Source: an uncultured Bacteroidota bacterium (lineage in GTDB: Bacteria; Bacteroidota; Ignavibacteria; Kryptoniales; JAKASW01). From it: a stretch of 64,000 bases of DNA. The DNA is taken from contig CAZRXH010000001.1 in the NCBI GenBank assembly GCA_964603995.1, positions 1,975 through 65,974 on the forward strand, written 5' to 3'. Of this stretch, positions 7,656 through 15,935 are shown piece by piece. Numbering within the stretch: the stretch's first letter is position 1; every line of letters begins with the position of its first letter. Below the pieces are notes generated by a model. That model saw nothing but the letters and a program-made list of their open reading frames with translations. It was not told the DNA's origin and did not search any database. The position numbers and the translations under genes were made by a program.

Positions 7656-7712
7656 CGATTCCCTCACTGCCCTTCCTCCGGACCCCGCCCGTCACCCTGA
7701 CCATGGACAGTG
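7656..7712. repeat. 57-bp REP-like repeat, copy 1
   Basis: gattccctcactgcccttcctccggaccccgcccgtcaccctgaccatggacagtgg is ~80% identical to 8794-8850. The termini cactgcc / ggcagtg-like are inverted. Confidence 0.8.
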
Positions 7713-7797
7713 GTACACGACGAACGAATATAGCCGTGCCTGAATATAATGTCAACAAGGTGGGTCATGGCCATCGACATTCGGGAGTAGAACTCCC

Positions 7798-8757
7798 TCA
7801 GAGCTTAGGGCCCTTTTTCTCTTTCAGGTACCTGTCGTAGAAGGCCACGACCTTCTCGAAGAACTCCGGGTATGTTATGAACTCCGGCCCGTTCATGCCG
7901 CCATGCTCGGCGCCAGGCACGACCCACAATTCTTTCGGGCCCTTCAATTCGTCTGCGATCTTCTTCGACATCCAGACCGGAGTGCGGTCATCCTTTTCAC
8001 CGACAATCAGGAATACAGGGATACTGATATTCTTCGCCGCGTTCACCGGCAACAGATCCTGTGGATAATTCTCAGGCGGCAGGAATTTTCGGTCAGGAGA
8101 TTCCTTCTTCAATATCGGGAGGATGTCGTCGAAAGATGTGAGGAGTGCCCTCCCCGCATAAGCGGCGATATCATTTCTCCTGGCGGCAATAGCGAAAGAC
8201 AGGTATGCGCCGGTCGAAAAGCCCATGACGCCAATCCTTCCAGGGTCAACCTCCGGCTGCCGTCTCACAAAATCGATTGCGGCATCGTAGTCTTTAATGT
8301 ATTCCGGGTAGCACAACCGGTCTTGTTCTGTCGGCCAGTCGGCACTCTCTCCAAAGCCGCGCCAATCAAAGAGAAGGATATTGTACCCACTCGTGAAGAA
8401 ATGGTAGGCGTAAAAAATCAGGTCAGTCATATTTCCGGCATCACCGTCGCAGATGATAATTGTGGGCCTCCCGGATTGATCCAACGTCGCATAAGCTCTC
8501 GGTCCTGGCTTAAGCTCTTTGGGAACAGGCACCCAACGCCCGATAACCGAATTGGCAATGCCAGAAGTATCCTGAGCCGGAAAGAACCATCCCTTGAGTT
8601 TTAAACTGTCCGCAGTTTGAAAGACGACTTCCCTGTAAATGACCCCATAATCAGACGGCACCGCTGCATAGTGCCGCTCCGGTTTAAGTGCGTACGCCGA
8701 TGACGTTAAAAAGAACAAAGGAAGTAGAGACAGAATGGCAATTTTAAATTTCACCAC
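7798..8757 (-). CDS. secreted alpha/beta hydrolase (S9/dienelactone hydrolase-like)
   Basis: Signal peptide (ILSLLPLFFLTSSAYA), nucleophile elbow GFSTG, and a downstream D...H context (GEKDDRT, GAEHGG). GTG start. Confidence 0.8.
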   Translation of the reverse strand: MVKFKIAILSLLPLFFLTSSAYALKPERHYAAVPSDYGVIYREVVFQTADSLKLKGWFFPAQDTSGIANSVIGRWVPVPKELKPGPRAYATLDQSGRPTIIICDGDAGNMTDLIFYAYHFFTSGYNILLFDWRGFGESADWPTEQDRLCYPEYIKDYDAAIDFVRRQPEVDPGRIGVMGFSTGAYLSFAIAARRNDIAAYAGRALLTSFDDILPILKKESPDRKFLPPENYPQDLLPVNAAKNISIPVFLIVGEKDDRTPVWMSKKIADELKGPKELWVVPGAEHGGMNGPEFITYPEFFEKVVAFYDRYLKEKKGPKL

Positions 8758-8793
8758 TTGATCATCTCCTGTTCAGTTATGTCTTCTTTCGAT

Positions 8794-8850
8794 GATTCCC
8801 TCACTGCCCTTCCGTAGGATCCCGCCTGTTGCCCCGACCATAGGCAGTGA
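8794..8850. repeat. 57-bp REP-like repeat, copy 2
   Basis: gattccctcactgcccttccgtaggatcccgcctgttgccccgaccataggcagtga, in the same orientation as copy 1, lying just downstream of the yoeB stop. Confidence 0.8.
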
Positions 8851-8890
8851 CTGAGAATCTATTGCGAATACAGATGTTCCAACAGCATAA

Positions 8891-9148
8891 TCAATAATGG
8901 AACTTGCACGAAATTATAATTATCTCCTGATCGGCGACTTTATAAACAAGGCGATTCTTATCATCGATCCTCCGCGACCAAAGCCCCTGCAACTCGTGCT
9001 TCAACGGCTCAGGCTTACCTGCCCCCGAAAACGGATCCCGCTGGACATCCTTGATCAGCCTTATTATCCGTGTGTAGATCTTCTTGTTCCCCGTCGACCA
9101 CCCTGTAAAATCCTCAAACGTACCCGGAACAAACGCGATCCTTCTCAC
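8891..9148 (-). CDS. yoeB: YoeB/Txe family toxin
   Basis: 85 aa. The segments FTGWSTGNKKIYTRIIRLIKDVQRDPFSGAGKPEPLKHELQGLWSRRIDDKNRLVY...ISCKFHY match the YoeB pattern. Confidence 0.85.
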   Translation of the reverse strand: MRRIAFVPGTFEDFTGWSTGNKKIYTRIIRLIKDVQRDPFSGAGKPEPLKHELQGLWSRRIDDKNRLVYKVADQEIIIISCKFHY

Positions 9149-9375
9149 ATCTTATCCGGATCCACGTACTTGTATCCCTTTTTGTTTTCCGATTCCCGCA
9201 AAGACTCGATGAGATGAATCCTGTTGGCTTCAGTAGACAGGAGATATTCCGTTTCGTCATTTTCAGGATTCACCAGAACTATAATCTCCACGACATCACC
9301 CTTGTGAAGTTCGGGGGAATTTACTTCGATGCGCCCTTCTTCACCGACAACGACCTTCTTCCTCAAACCGTTCAT
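9145..9375 (-). CDS. yefM: YefM-like antitoxin with atypical N-terminal segment
   Basis: The C-terminal ETEYLLSTEANRIHLIESLRESENKKG matches the YefM toxin-binding region. 4-bp overlap with yoeB. I chose the start at the internal ATG 9375 (AAGGAGGAA upstream). The ORF extension to 9549 is Arg-rich and implausible. Confidence 0.7.
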   Translation of the reverse strand: MNGLRKKVVVGEEGRIEVNSPELHKGDVVEIIVLVNPENDETEYLLSTEANRIHLIESLRESENKKGYKYVDPDKM

Positions 9376-9552
9376 CTTCTCTTCATTCCTCCTTTCATTT
9401 GCATTGCCATCATGCCTGAAGTTAGTTCTGCCGGGATTCTTTTTCAAGTTTTCTCCTCCCGATACCCCGACCCGCGGACAATGGAACGCCTGAGGTGAAT
9501 AGACCGTCTCCCGACGTGTCATCACACGTCGCCGTTGAGCCTCGTGCAAACA

Positions 9553-9797
9553 AAACCTTATCTATGTTTTCCAACCTTAGTAACATCATACTCCCACAAC
9601 GACAACCTTATTACCTTATTCCGGACCACAACTGCGTGACCTGAGTGATAAGGTAATAAGGTTCGGGAAACGGGGAGACGACTTCCTACTAAGGTTTATG
9701 GAATTTGTCCGAATAAGGTTCTCAAATAAGGTGATAAGGTCGGTGAAAAGGAGGGACGGCTTGTTACTAAGGTTTGTGGAACACCCGTCGATAAGGG
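9553..9797. repeat. three copies (one inverted, two direct) of a ~65-70-bp TAAGG-rich unit
   Basis: Unit A (9648-9720) and unit B (9726-9797) align at roughly 75-80%: ATAAGGTRATAAGGT...TACTAAGGTTTRTGGAA...ATAAGG. The reverse complement of 9553-9622 aligns with the same unit, giving a large imperfect palindrome centred near 9632. Confidence 0.75.
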
Positions 9798-9980
9798 CGA
9801 GCCCGGGAAGTAGAGAGGGAAGAGTCCTTAGGACAACTCCCTCGTAGCTTTGGGGTTTTTCCTGGGAAGAAGGGGATCGCCACGTCCTTCCTTCGTTTGG
9901 ACGGACTCACGATGACGCGTAATTCGGGCCCGGCGAAACTGCGACCCACTTCTGAAGTGAGTCGCAGTTGGCCACGACAT

Positions 9981-12900
9981 TTACTTTAGATTAAATCCTT
10001 CCACAACCACCTCCGGCTTCCCGCCGCGAGTGTCGGAGTTCTGTACCTGCATGTCGATGGTGCGCCGATCACCGGGCATGATGGTTATGAAGTTGTCACT
10101 GTAAATTGCCGGAAGTATCCGCCTGCCGTCCTTGCTTCCGACTACTTTGAGTTTGACGAGGAGCGCGGGATATTTCGTGCGATTGACGAGCGTCGTCTTC
10201 ATGTACCAGCGTCCGCCTCTGCGCGACATCTGCGTGCTGGCGGCGAGCTTGACTTTCGGAATCGTCTTGACGGCTTCCATGCTGCCGCCCTCCTGCGACG
10301 AACCTTTCTCCAAACCGCGCCAGTAAAAGTTTCGTGAGATCACCTTACTGCCCCGCCTGAGCTCGAGACTTATGAAGTAAACGCTGCTCAATCCTTTCGG
10401 ATGGCCGAGCGGAAAGAGGGAAACCATGTCGTCTTCGGGAACATTCACGCGGGCGGTCTTATTCATCTTCACCGCGCCGTTCAAGTCGAGTATTTCCATC
10501 GTCGCGGTCAGACCGGAACCGTCCGGGACGCTGTAGTTCACGACCTCTATGCTGTCGGTGTACGCGTTCCACTGTATATGAAGCGGCTGACATGCCTCCC
10601 TGCATCCGAAGTACGCCGCGGTCGGATCGAAATAGTAGTCGTAAGTTTGCCAGACGAGCGACGGCCACGAAGAATGTGTCATCCATAGAAGGAGCCCCAT
10701 CCTGTTCTTTGCCTGTGCTTCGAACATCGCACGGTAGCCGGTGTATTCCATCCAGTCGGCGAACCAGAGCCATTCTCTCAGACTGTCAGCGGTACCGAAA
10801 GTTTCTTCTATGGCCTTGTTAAACGTCTCTCCTCTTTGCGCACCGCCGAGAGTGAAATCGTGGACCCCCCACATGTTCGATTGCGGCCACATATCTTTGG
10901 CAGGCATCATCCGCTTGAGGCTCGAATATGAGACGATCGCGGGCAATCCCATCTCGCTGTGCAGCCTCTTCGTCGCCCTGTACTGGAAATAGAACTTGAG
11001 GGGCATGAGGCTGTACGGTCCTCCTCCGCTCACCGGACCAAAAGCAGAGTTGGGAATGTACTTGATCCCCGGATCGAGCTCCGAAATCATCTTCACGAGC
11101 GCTGAGTCGATGACCGGCGGCGGGTTCCCTTCGTTCCGCCCGACGAAGATAGCAATTGAAGGATGATTCCGTATGCGCATTACGAAGTCCTCAGCGTTCC
11201 GTATGAACATGTTCGGATGATTCGGGTTCGGCCCGTCGACGGGGTTTGCCAACCAGAAATCCTGCCAGACCATGATACCGTACTTGTCGCATGCATCGAA
11301 GAACGCATCGTCCGCCGTCTGCCCGACCCAGTTGCGGATCATCGTGAAGTTCATCTCTTTGTGATAGCGCACGGCGATGTCGTACTCCCTCGCGCGGTAA
11401 CGGAGCATATCTTCGGGAAATCCCCAGTTGCCGCCTCGGGCGATGAAGCGCCTGCCGTTAACCCAAATTCTCAGCGCTCCTCCTCTTTCCGAATAGGACA
11501 TTTCCCTGACGCCCGTCTCGAAGGATTTCGAATCCGAGATTTTACCGTCTGCGACAAACTCGAGTTTCACCTTGTACAGGTTCTGTGCACCGTAACCGTT
11601 TGGCCACCAGAGTTTCGGATGGCGGAGCTTAAGCTGCGGGTTGGTCGATGGATCGAGCGTGATCGTCTTCGTCTCAGACGGAGTGAGAGACACGTTCTGT
11701 TTGAACGCGACACTGCCGAACTTGCCCCGCAATACTCCATTGACTTCCTTTGCGACATGGTTATGGAGCGTCACTTCAATACTGACATCTGCGACGGTCG
11801 TGTCCGGAAGAGGAATCTTCGTGGTGACGTAAGGATTCAGAATCGTCACCGGTCCGCTTTCAGACAAATAGACATTGCTCCATATGCCGGTATTCCGTCC
11901 GCGAATCGTCGGTATCCAATCCCAGCCGACGGATGCCTCGAACGTCGGATCGTCAGCTCCGAGCTCGCCGCCGTTCGCGTCTGTATTGTACCTGTCCTGT
12001 TCGGTCGGGAAACCCGGTGTCGCGTTCTTGATTATGCGAACCGCGAGGATATTTGTCTCGCCCGGCTTCAGAATGCCGGTGACGTCAAACCTTCCTCTTA
12101 TGAACGCGCCGTCGATGCGGCCGAGATCGTGACCGTTGAGGTACACCTCTGCTTTCCAGTTTATTCCGTCGAAATTGATATATGTCCTTTTCCCCTCGTA
12201 CGAAGCTGGCGCCGTGAACACGTCCCGGTACCAGTAATCGGAATAGAAATACGAGTCGGATATCAGGACCTGGTTGTCGCCAAAGTTCGGATCGGGTATG
12301 GCGCCGTCGTTCAGGTAACTCGTAAGAATTGTTCCCGGAACGGTCGCTATCATCCAGCTCTCGTCGTTGAATCCCGGCTGAGACAGCTCTGCGCCGTCGG
12401 CATGCACGAGCGTCGATCGCTGAAGCCTCCATGAACCGCCGGAGAGTTCCATCTTGCTATGCTTACCCATCGGCGCGAGTGAATGCTGAACCGGAAGTGG
12501 CCCGCCCGTTCCGAAGACTTCAAGCTCGCTCAGAATATATCCATCACTCACATCGGCAGGTTTCGTCATTAAGACACGGACGTATCTTGCCTTCACTTCT
12601 TTGCTCAACCTGATGTTGGCTTCATTGCCGGGATTGTTCGGTAGCGATGCCACATCCTTCCAATTCTCGGCATCGTTAGATACCTGTATCTGACCTTCAC
12701 GCGCCGGACGAATCCAGAAGAGCTTGACGTCGTTGAACGAACACCGCGCTCCTAGGTCGACATACACCCACTCTTCTCCTGATCCGGCACTCTTCCATGC
12801 GCTGGTAAAGTGGTACGGTCCGCCGATCTTTGCAAACTCGCCTTTGCCATAAATCCCGAATATGCCGACGCTCCAGCTCTTCGCGTTAGGCGAACTGACA

Positions 12901-13604
12901 GAGAAGCGATAGTACCTGTAATGAACCGTGGAATCGATTTTGAATGGATAATCGAACACTCTCAGGTTCGGCGGAAAGAACCTTCGGAAGAAACCAGTGA
13001 CTGTATCACCGGGTAAACCGTCTCCACCCACGGTTCCCAGTTTCTCCCAGCCCGCACCATCTTGAGACCCGCTGACACTTATTTCCCAATGCCGGGGCTC
13101 CAGACTGTCGACCAGTACCGTTCCGGCGAGACTGATGCTGTCCACAGCCGGGATGGCGTAGTGACTGGCCATCTCTACCTGTAACCATGCGGTTGACGAG
13201 TCGAGTGTTATCTGGGACATCGCGTGCCGGTCGAGGACCCACTCCCTCTCCGTCTTTGGAAGAATACCTGCGGTACTTGTTGTCGTGACTATCCAGCCGG
13301 GAAGCGTCGTGTCGATTATGCCATCCGTGACAAGCTGCGCCGTCAGATTGTAATCGTATGCGCTCGACTGATACGCCGGTCTGAGCAGCGCTAGGTTGCG
13401 ATAATGTGTAGAGTCGATTCTCGTACCGGGAGAAAAATTCTCCGCCGGGTCGCCGGGATAGACTCCGACCCCGAAATTGTATTGCTGTGCCATAGTGGCA
13501 CATACGGACACTAAAAGAAAAAACACGGCAGAAAGTAATAGCCTTGCCGCAGTCGTGGTCGAGGAAGTGTGATCGGATTGTTTCCGGTGAGCTGAACTAT
13601 TCAT
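9981..13604 (-). CDS. glycoside hydrolase family 2 (beta-mannosidase/exo-glucosaminidase-like) with two N-terminal F5/8 type C (discoidin) domains
   Basis: GH2 sugar-binding pattern (INWKAEVYLNGHDLGRIDGAF...NILAVRI), a catalytic-region NEG motif (FVGRNEGNPP), discoidin-like ends (YILSELEVFG), and an N-terminal signal/TM. Confidence 0.85.
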   Translation of the reverse strand: MNSSAHRKQSDHTSSTTTAARLLLSAVFFLLVSVCATMAQQYNFGVGVYPGDPAENFSPGTRIDSTHYRNLALLRPAYQSSAYDYNLTAQLVTDGIIDTTLPGWIVTTTSTAGILPKTEREWVLDRHAMSQITLDSSTAWLQVEMASHYAIPAVDSISLAGTVLVDSLEPRHWEISVSGSQDGAGWEKLGTVGGDGLPGDTVTGFFRRFFPPNLRVFDYPFKIDSTVHYRYYRFSVSSPNAKSWSVGIFGIYGKGEFAKIGGPYHFTSAWKSAGSGEEWVYVDLGARCSFNDVKLFWIRPAREGQIQVSNDAENWKDVASLPNNPGNEANIRLSKEVKARYVRVLMTKPADVSDGYILSELEVFGTGGPLPVQHSLAPMGKHSKMELSGGSWRLQRSTLVHADGAELSQPGFNDESWMIATVPGTILTSYLNDGAIPDPNFGDNQVLISDSYFYSDYWYRDVFTAPASYEGKRTYINFDGINWKAEVYLNGHDLGRIDGAFIRGRFDVTGILKPGETNILAVRIIKNATPGFPTEQDRYNTDANGGELGADDPTFEASVGWDWIPTIRGRNTGIWSNVYLSESGPVTILNPYVTTKIPLPDTTVADVSIEVTLHNHVAKEVNGVLRGKFGSVAFKQNVSLTPSETKTITLDPSTNPQLKLRHPKLWWPNGYGAQNLYKVKLEFVADGKISDSKSFETGVREMSYSERGGALRIWVNGRRFIARGGNWGFPEDMLRYRAREYDIAVRYHKEMNFTMIRNWVGQTADDAFFDACDKYGIMVWQDFWLANPVDGPNPNHPNMFIRNAEDFVMRIRNHPSIAIFVGRNEGNPPPVIDSALVKMISELDPGIKYIPNSAFGPVSGGGPYSLMPLKFYFQYRATKRLHSEMGLPAIVSYSSLKRMMPAKDMWPQSNMWGVHDFTLGGAQRGETFNKAIEETFGTADSLREWLWFADWMEYTGYRAMFEAQAKNRMGLLLWMTHSSWPSLVWQTYDYYFDPTAAYFGCREACQPLHIQWNAYTDSIEVVNYSVPDGSGLTATMEILDLNGAVKMNKTARVNVPEDDMVSLFPLGHPKGLSSVYFISLELRRGSKVISRNFYWRGLEKGSSQEGGSMEAVKTIPKVKLAASTQMSRRGGRWYMKTTLVNRTKYPALLVKLKVVGSKDGRRILPAIYSDNFITIMPGDRRTIDMQVQNSDTRGGKPEVVVEGFNLK

Positions 13605-14172
13605 ATCATCCTCTATTCAAAGACAGACATGTGACTGAATCGGGACTTATGCTGCCGGACCGAAGCTTGACGAGGCAGCCGAGTGAAATACCGGCATAGT
13701 CGCAGTTCTGACACATTTGTATGGATACTGGCACTGATTTGCTAAGATAATCTGTGAGCCTGTGAACGACAAGCGGAAGTCCCATGCTGAGGGCTACTTC
13801 AGGGGAAGATCTTGTTTCCCGCAGATGACGCAGATTTTCGCCGACTTAATTATCTGTGCAGACCAGTGAAATCTGCGGGGAAGAATTCCATAGAAGTGGC
13901 TGCTCGAAATAGAAGTGGCGCAACACTGAGGCAAGCTGCGAGTGAGGGGATACGCACTCCGGAAAATAAGTTGCATAACTATTCATTCGAATGAGCTATA
14001 TTGTATCAATTAAAGTAACATCCTCTCCCCTCCTGAATAGAAGATCGGGCGACGGTGTTCAGAAGCCGGGATTTGGTCTTCTCCACAGGATAATTAGGAT
14101 AATCGAAAGCCCATACTCCTTCAAAGCGGTTCATCTTCCCAGCAAGTTTATCATATATAATGAAAGGTTTTA

Positions 14173-15468
14173 ATGAAATCACAATCTTTTGTGCTCAGCG
14201 ATCAGATAACTGCTTTGCTTGAAGCACAGGGAATAACTGTGGCAACGCCGGTCCAGGAAGAAATAATACCGGCGATCGCCAACGGCCAGGATGTCCTGGC
14301 ACAGTCTGAAACCGGATCGGGGAAGACGCTGAGCTTCGCGATCCCGATCATCGAGCAGATCCAGAGGCGCGATGGTCTCAAGGCGTTAGTGCTCGTACCT
14401 ACGAGGGAACTCGCCTCACAAGTAGCCGGGGAATTCATAAAGTATTCGGCGGGCAAACATCTCGGTATCGTGCCGGTTTACGGTGGGGTCTCGATAAATA
14501 CTCAGGCTGCGAAACTCCGGCAGGCTAATATCATAGTCGCGACTCCGGGGCGGCTCATCGATCTGCTGAACAGGCACGCAGTCAGGCTGGACTCGGTAAA
14601 GTATTTCGTCTGCGATGAGGCTGACCGCATGCTTGATATGGGATTCATAAGAGATGTCGAGCGCATTGCGGCTCAGCTTCCGAAGCAACATCAGACAATG
14701 CTCTTCAGCGCCACAGTGCCGAAGGAGATCGAGAAACTCGCGGCAAGGTATCTGCACAACCCGAAGAACGTACGGTTCGCTTCAACGGTCAAGCCGATAT
14801 TTCTCCGCCAGACATATTACCGCGTGTCGCCGGAAGGAAAGCTGGACCTCCTCGCCGGCCTATTGGGACAGGAACGTCAGCTTGCGATTGTCTTCTGCAA
14901 CAGGAAGCACATCACGGTGAAGGTATCCAAGAAACTGACGACGATGGGAATAAATGCCCGCGCACTCAACGGCGACATGTCGCAGCCCCAGCGAGAGAAA
15001 GTGACGGAAGATTTCAGAAAAGAAAAATTCACAGTCCTCGTCGCAACAGACGTCGCGGCCCGTGGTCTGCACATCGACGATGTCTCACATGTGTACAACT
15101 ATGAAATCCCCAAAGACGTGGAATCGTATACCCACCGCGTGGGAAGAACGGCTCGGGCCGGCCAGAAAGGCGAGGCGATCTCGCTGGTTGCGGGCGAGGA
15201 GGAGAAGAAATTCTTTCAGCAAATTCTCTTCAAGTACCGCGGTGAGATAACACTCAGGGAATCAGACGAACTGCCAGTGCGGTCCGCGAAACACGCTCCC
15301 GCAAGGCCGGTCAGCAACTCATCCGCGAACCTTCGGGCTGACGGCTCGTCTCGTCGAGCCGATAGACCCGTAGGGACTCGTCGAGACGAGAAGGCTGGTA
15401 AACATGAGACTACTTCCTGGAAGGACAAGTGGCGTCGTCGCATGAATGAGGGGTCGGGGAAAAGGTAA
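14173..15468 (+). CDS. DEAD-box ATP-dependent RNA helicase (RhlE/DeaD-like)
   Basis: Motifs AQSETGSGKT, PTRELA, DEAD (VCDEADRMLD), SAT and HRVGRTARAG, plus a basic C-terminal tail. Confidence 0.9.
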   Translation: MKSQSFVLSDQITALLEAQGITVATPVQEEIIPAIANGQDVLAQSETGSGKTLSFAIPIIEQIQRRDGLKALVLVPTRELASQVAGEFIKYSAGKHLGIVPVYGGVSINTQAAKLRQANIIVATPGRLIDLLNRHAVRLDSVKYFVCDEADRMLDMGFIRDVERIAAQLPKQHQTMLFSATVPKEIEKLAARYLHNPKNVRFASTVKPIFLRQTYYRVSPEGKLDLLAGLLGQERQLAIVFCNRKHITVKVSKKLTTMGINARALNGDMSQPQREKVTEDFRKEKFTVLVATDVAARGLHIDDVSHVYNYEIPKDVESYTHRVGRTARAGQKGEAISLVAGEEEKKFFQQILFKYRGEITLRESDELPVRSAKHAPARPVSNSSANLRADGSSRRADRPVGTRRDEKAGKHETTSWKDKWRRRMNEGSGKR

Positions 15469-15478
15469 GATAAACCCT

Positions 15479-15508
15479 CACACTGCCTGAAGCCCATCGG
15501 GCAGTGTG
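15479..15508 (+). terminator. hairpin terminator candidate after the helicase gene
   Basis: cacactgcc (15479-15487) pairs with ggcagtgtg (15500-15508). Only a short cTTTgg tract follows. Confidence 0.45.
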
Positions 15509-15935
15509 CTTTGGATCAGACCACCGGAGGCACAGAGACTGAAATCCATTCTGGTTCCCTTGAATGCCTGTGCCGCTGTGGTCCGGTTTCTACAACAGAG
15601 TCAGATGGATGAGTTAATCCCACTCTCACGGGTGTACGCCCGGAAAATCGTGGTCTGTCAGACGAACACTATCTTCGCGTGGTTACCTTCTCAAAGACAA
15701 TTTACCAAACGAGAACGGATCTCCGAAATCAGAAACGCCCGATCGCAACTTCTGTCGGCCAGGCAGTACTCGGATCATCTCCGATTTTAGCTTCATGCTT
15801 CCCACTGGGGACTTGACTGAGAAATGACGGAATGACTTTCCCCCATCCTGTCAATTGCGGTGTTTGAGGCCCACCGCTTCACGCCAGAGACAGATGATAA
15901 GTGTCGAAAATTTCTGGCGCGGAGAAAGATGGATA

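Noticed and set aside
9767-9949. ORF 9767..9949 (60 aa, minus strand) in the GH2-yefM gap.
   Set aside because: The translation is Arg/Pro/Ser-rich, there is no RBS, and it overlaps the repeat region and the hairpin after the GH2 stop. It is probably non-coding.
11163-12434. Large antisense or shadow ORFs inside well-supported genes: 11163..12434 (423 aa), 17661..18305, 18409..19248, 21748..22590, 30660..31589, 32602..33444, 46399..47289, 49696..50496, 50424..51311, 52560..53162 and 54652..55260.
   Set aside because: Each lies opposite to, or out of frame with, a gene showing clear family motifs. Their translations are Arg/His/Leu/Ser-rich with no recognisable domains. Such ORFs are typical artefacts of codon bias on the opposite strand.
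13729-13743. A sigma-54-like element tggcactgatttgct (TGGCAC…TTGC) upstream of the DEAD-box helicase.
   Set aside because: The GG-to-GC spacing is 9 nt rather than the strictly required 10. It lies ~430 bp from the ATG, and no enhancer-binding protein gene is nearby.
15518-15590. A long-range stem (gaccac…ggcacag / ctgtgcc…gtggtc) enclosing ~32 nt just after the helicase terminator, as a possible small ncRNA.
   Set aside because: It is a single imperfect stem with no recognisable Rfam-like motif, promoter or terminator of its own. Without comparative or expression data it cannot be distinguished from chance.
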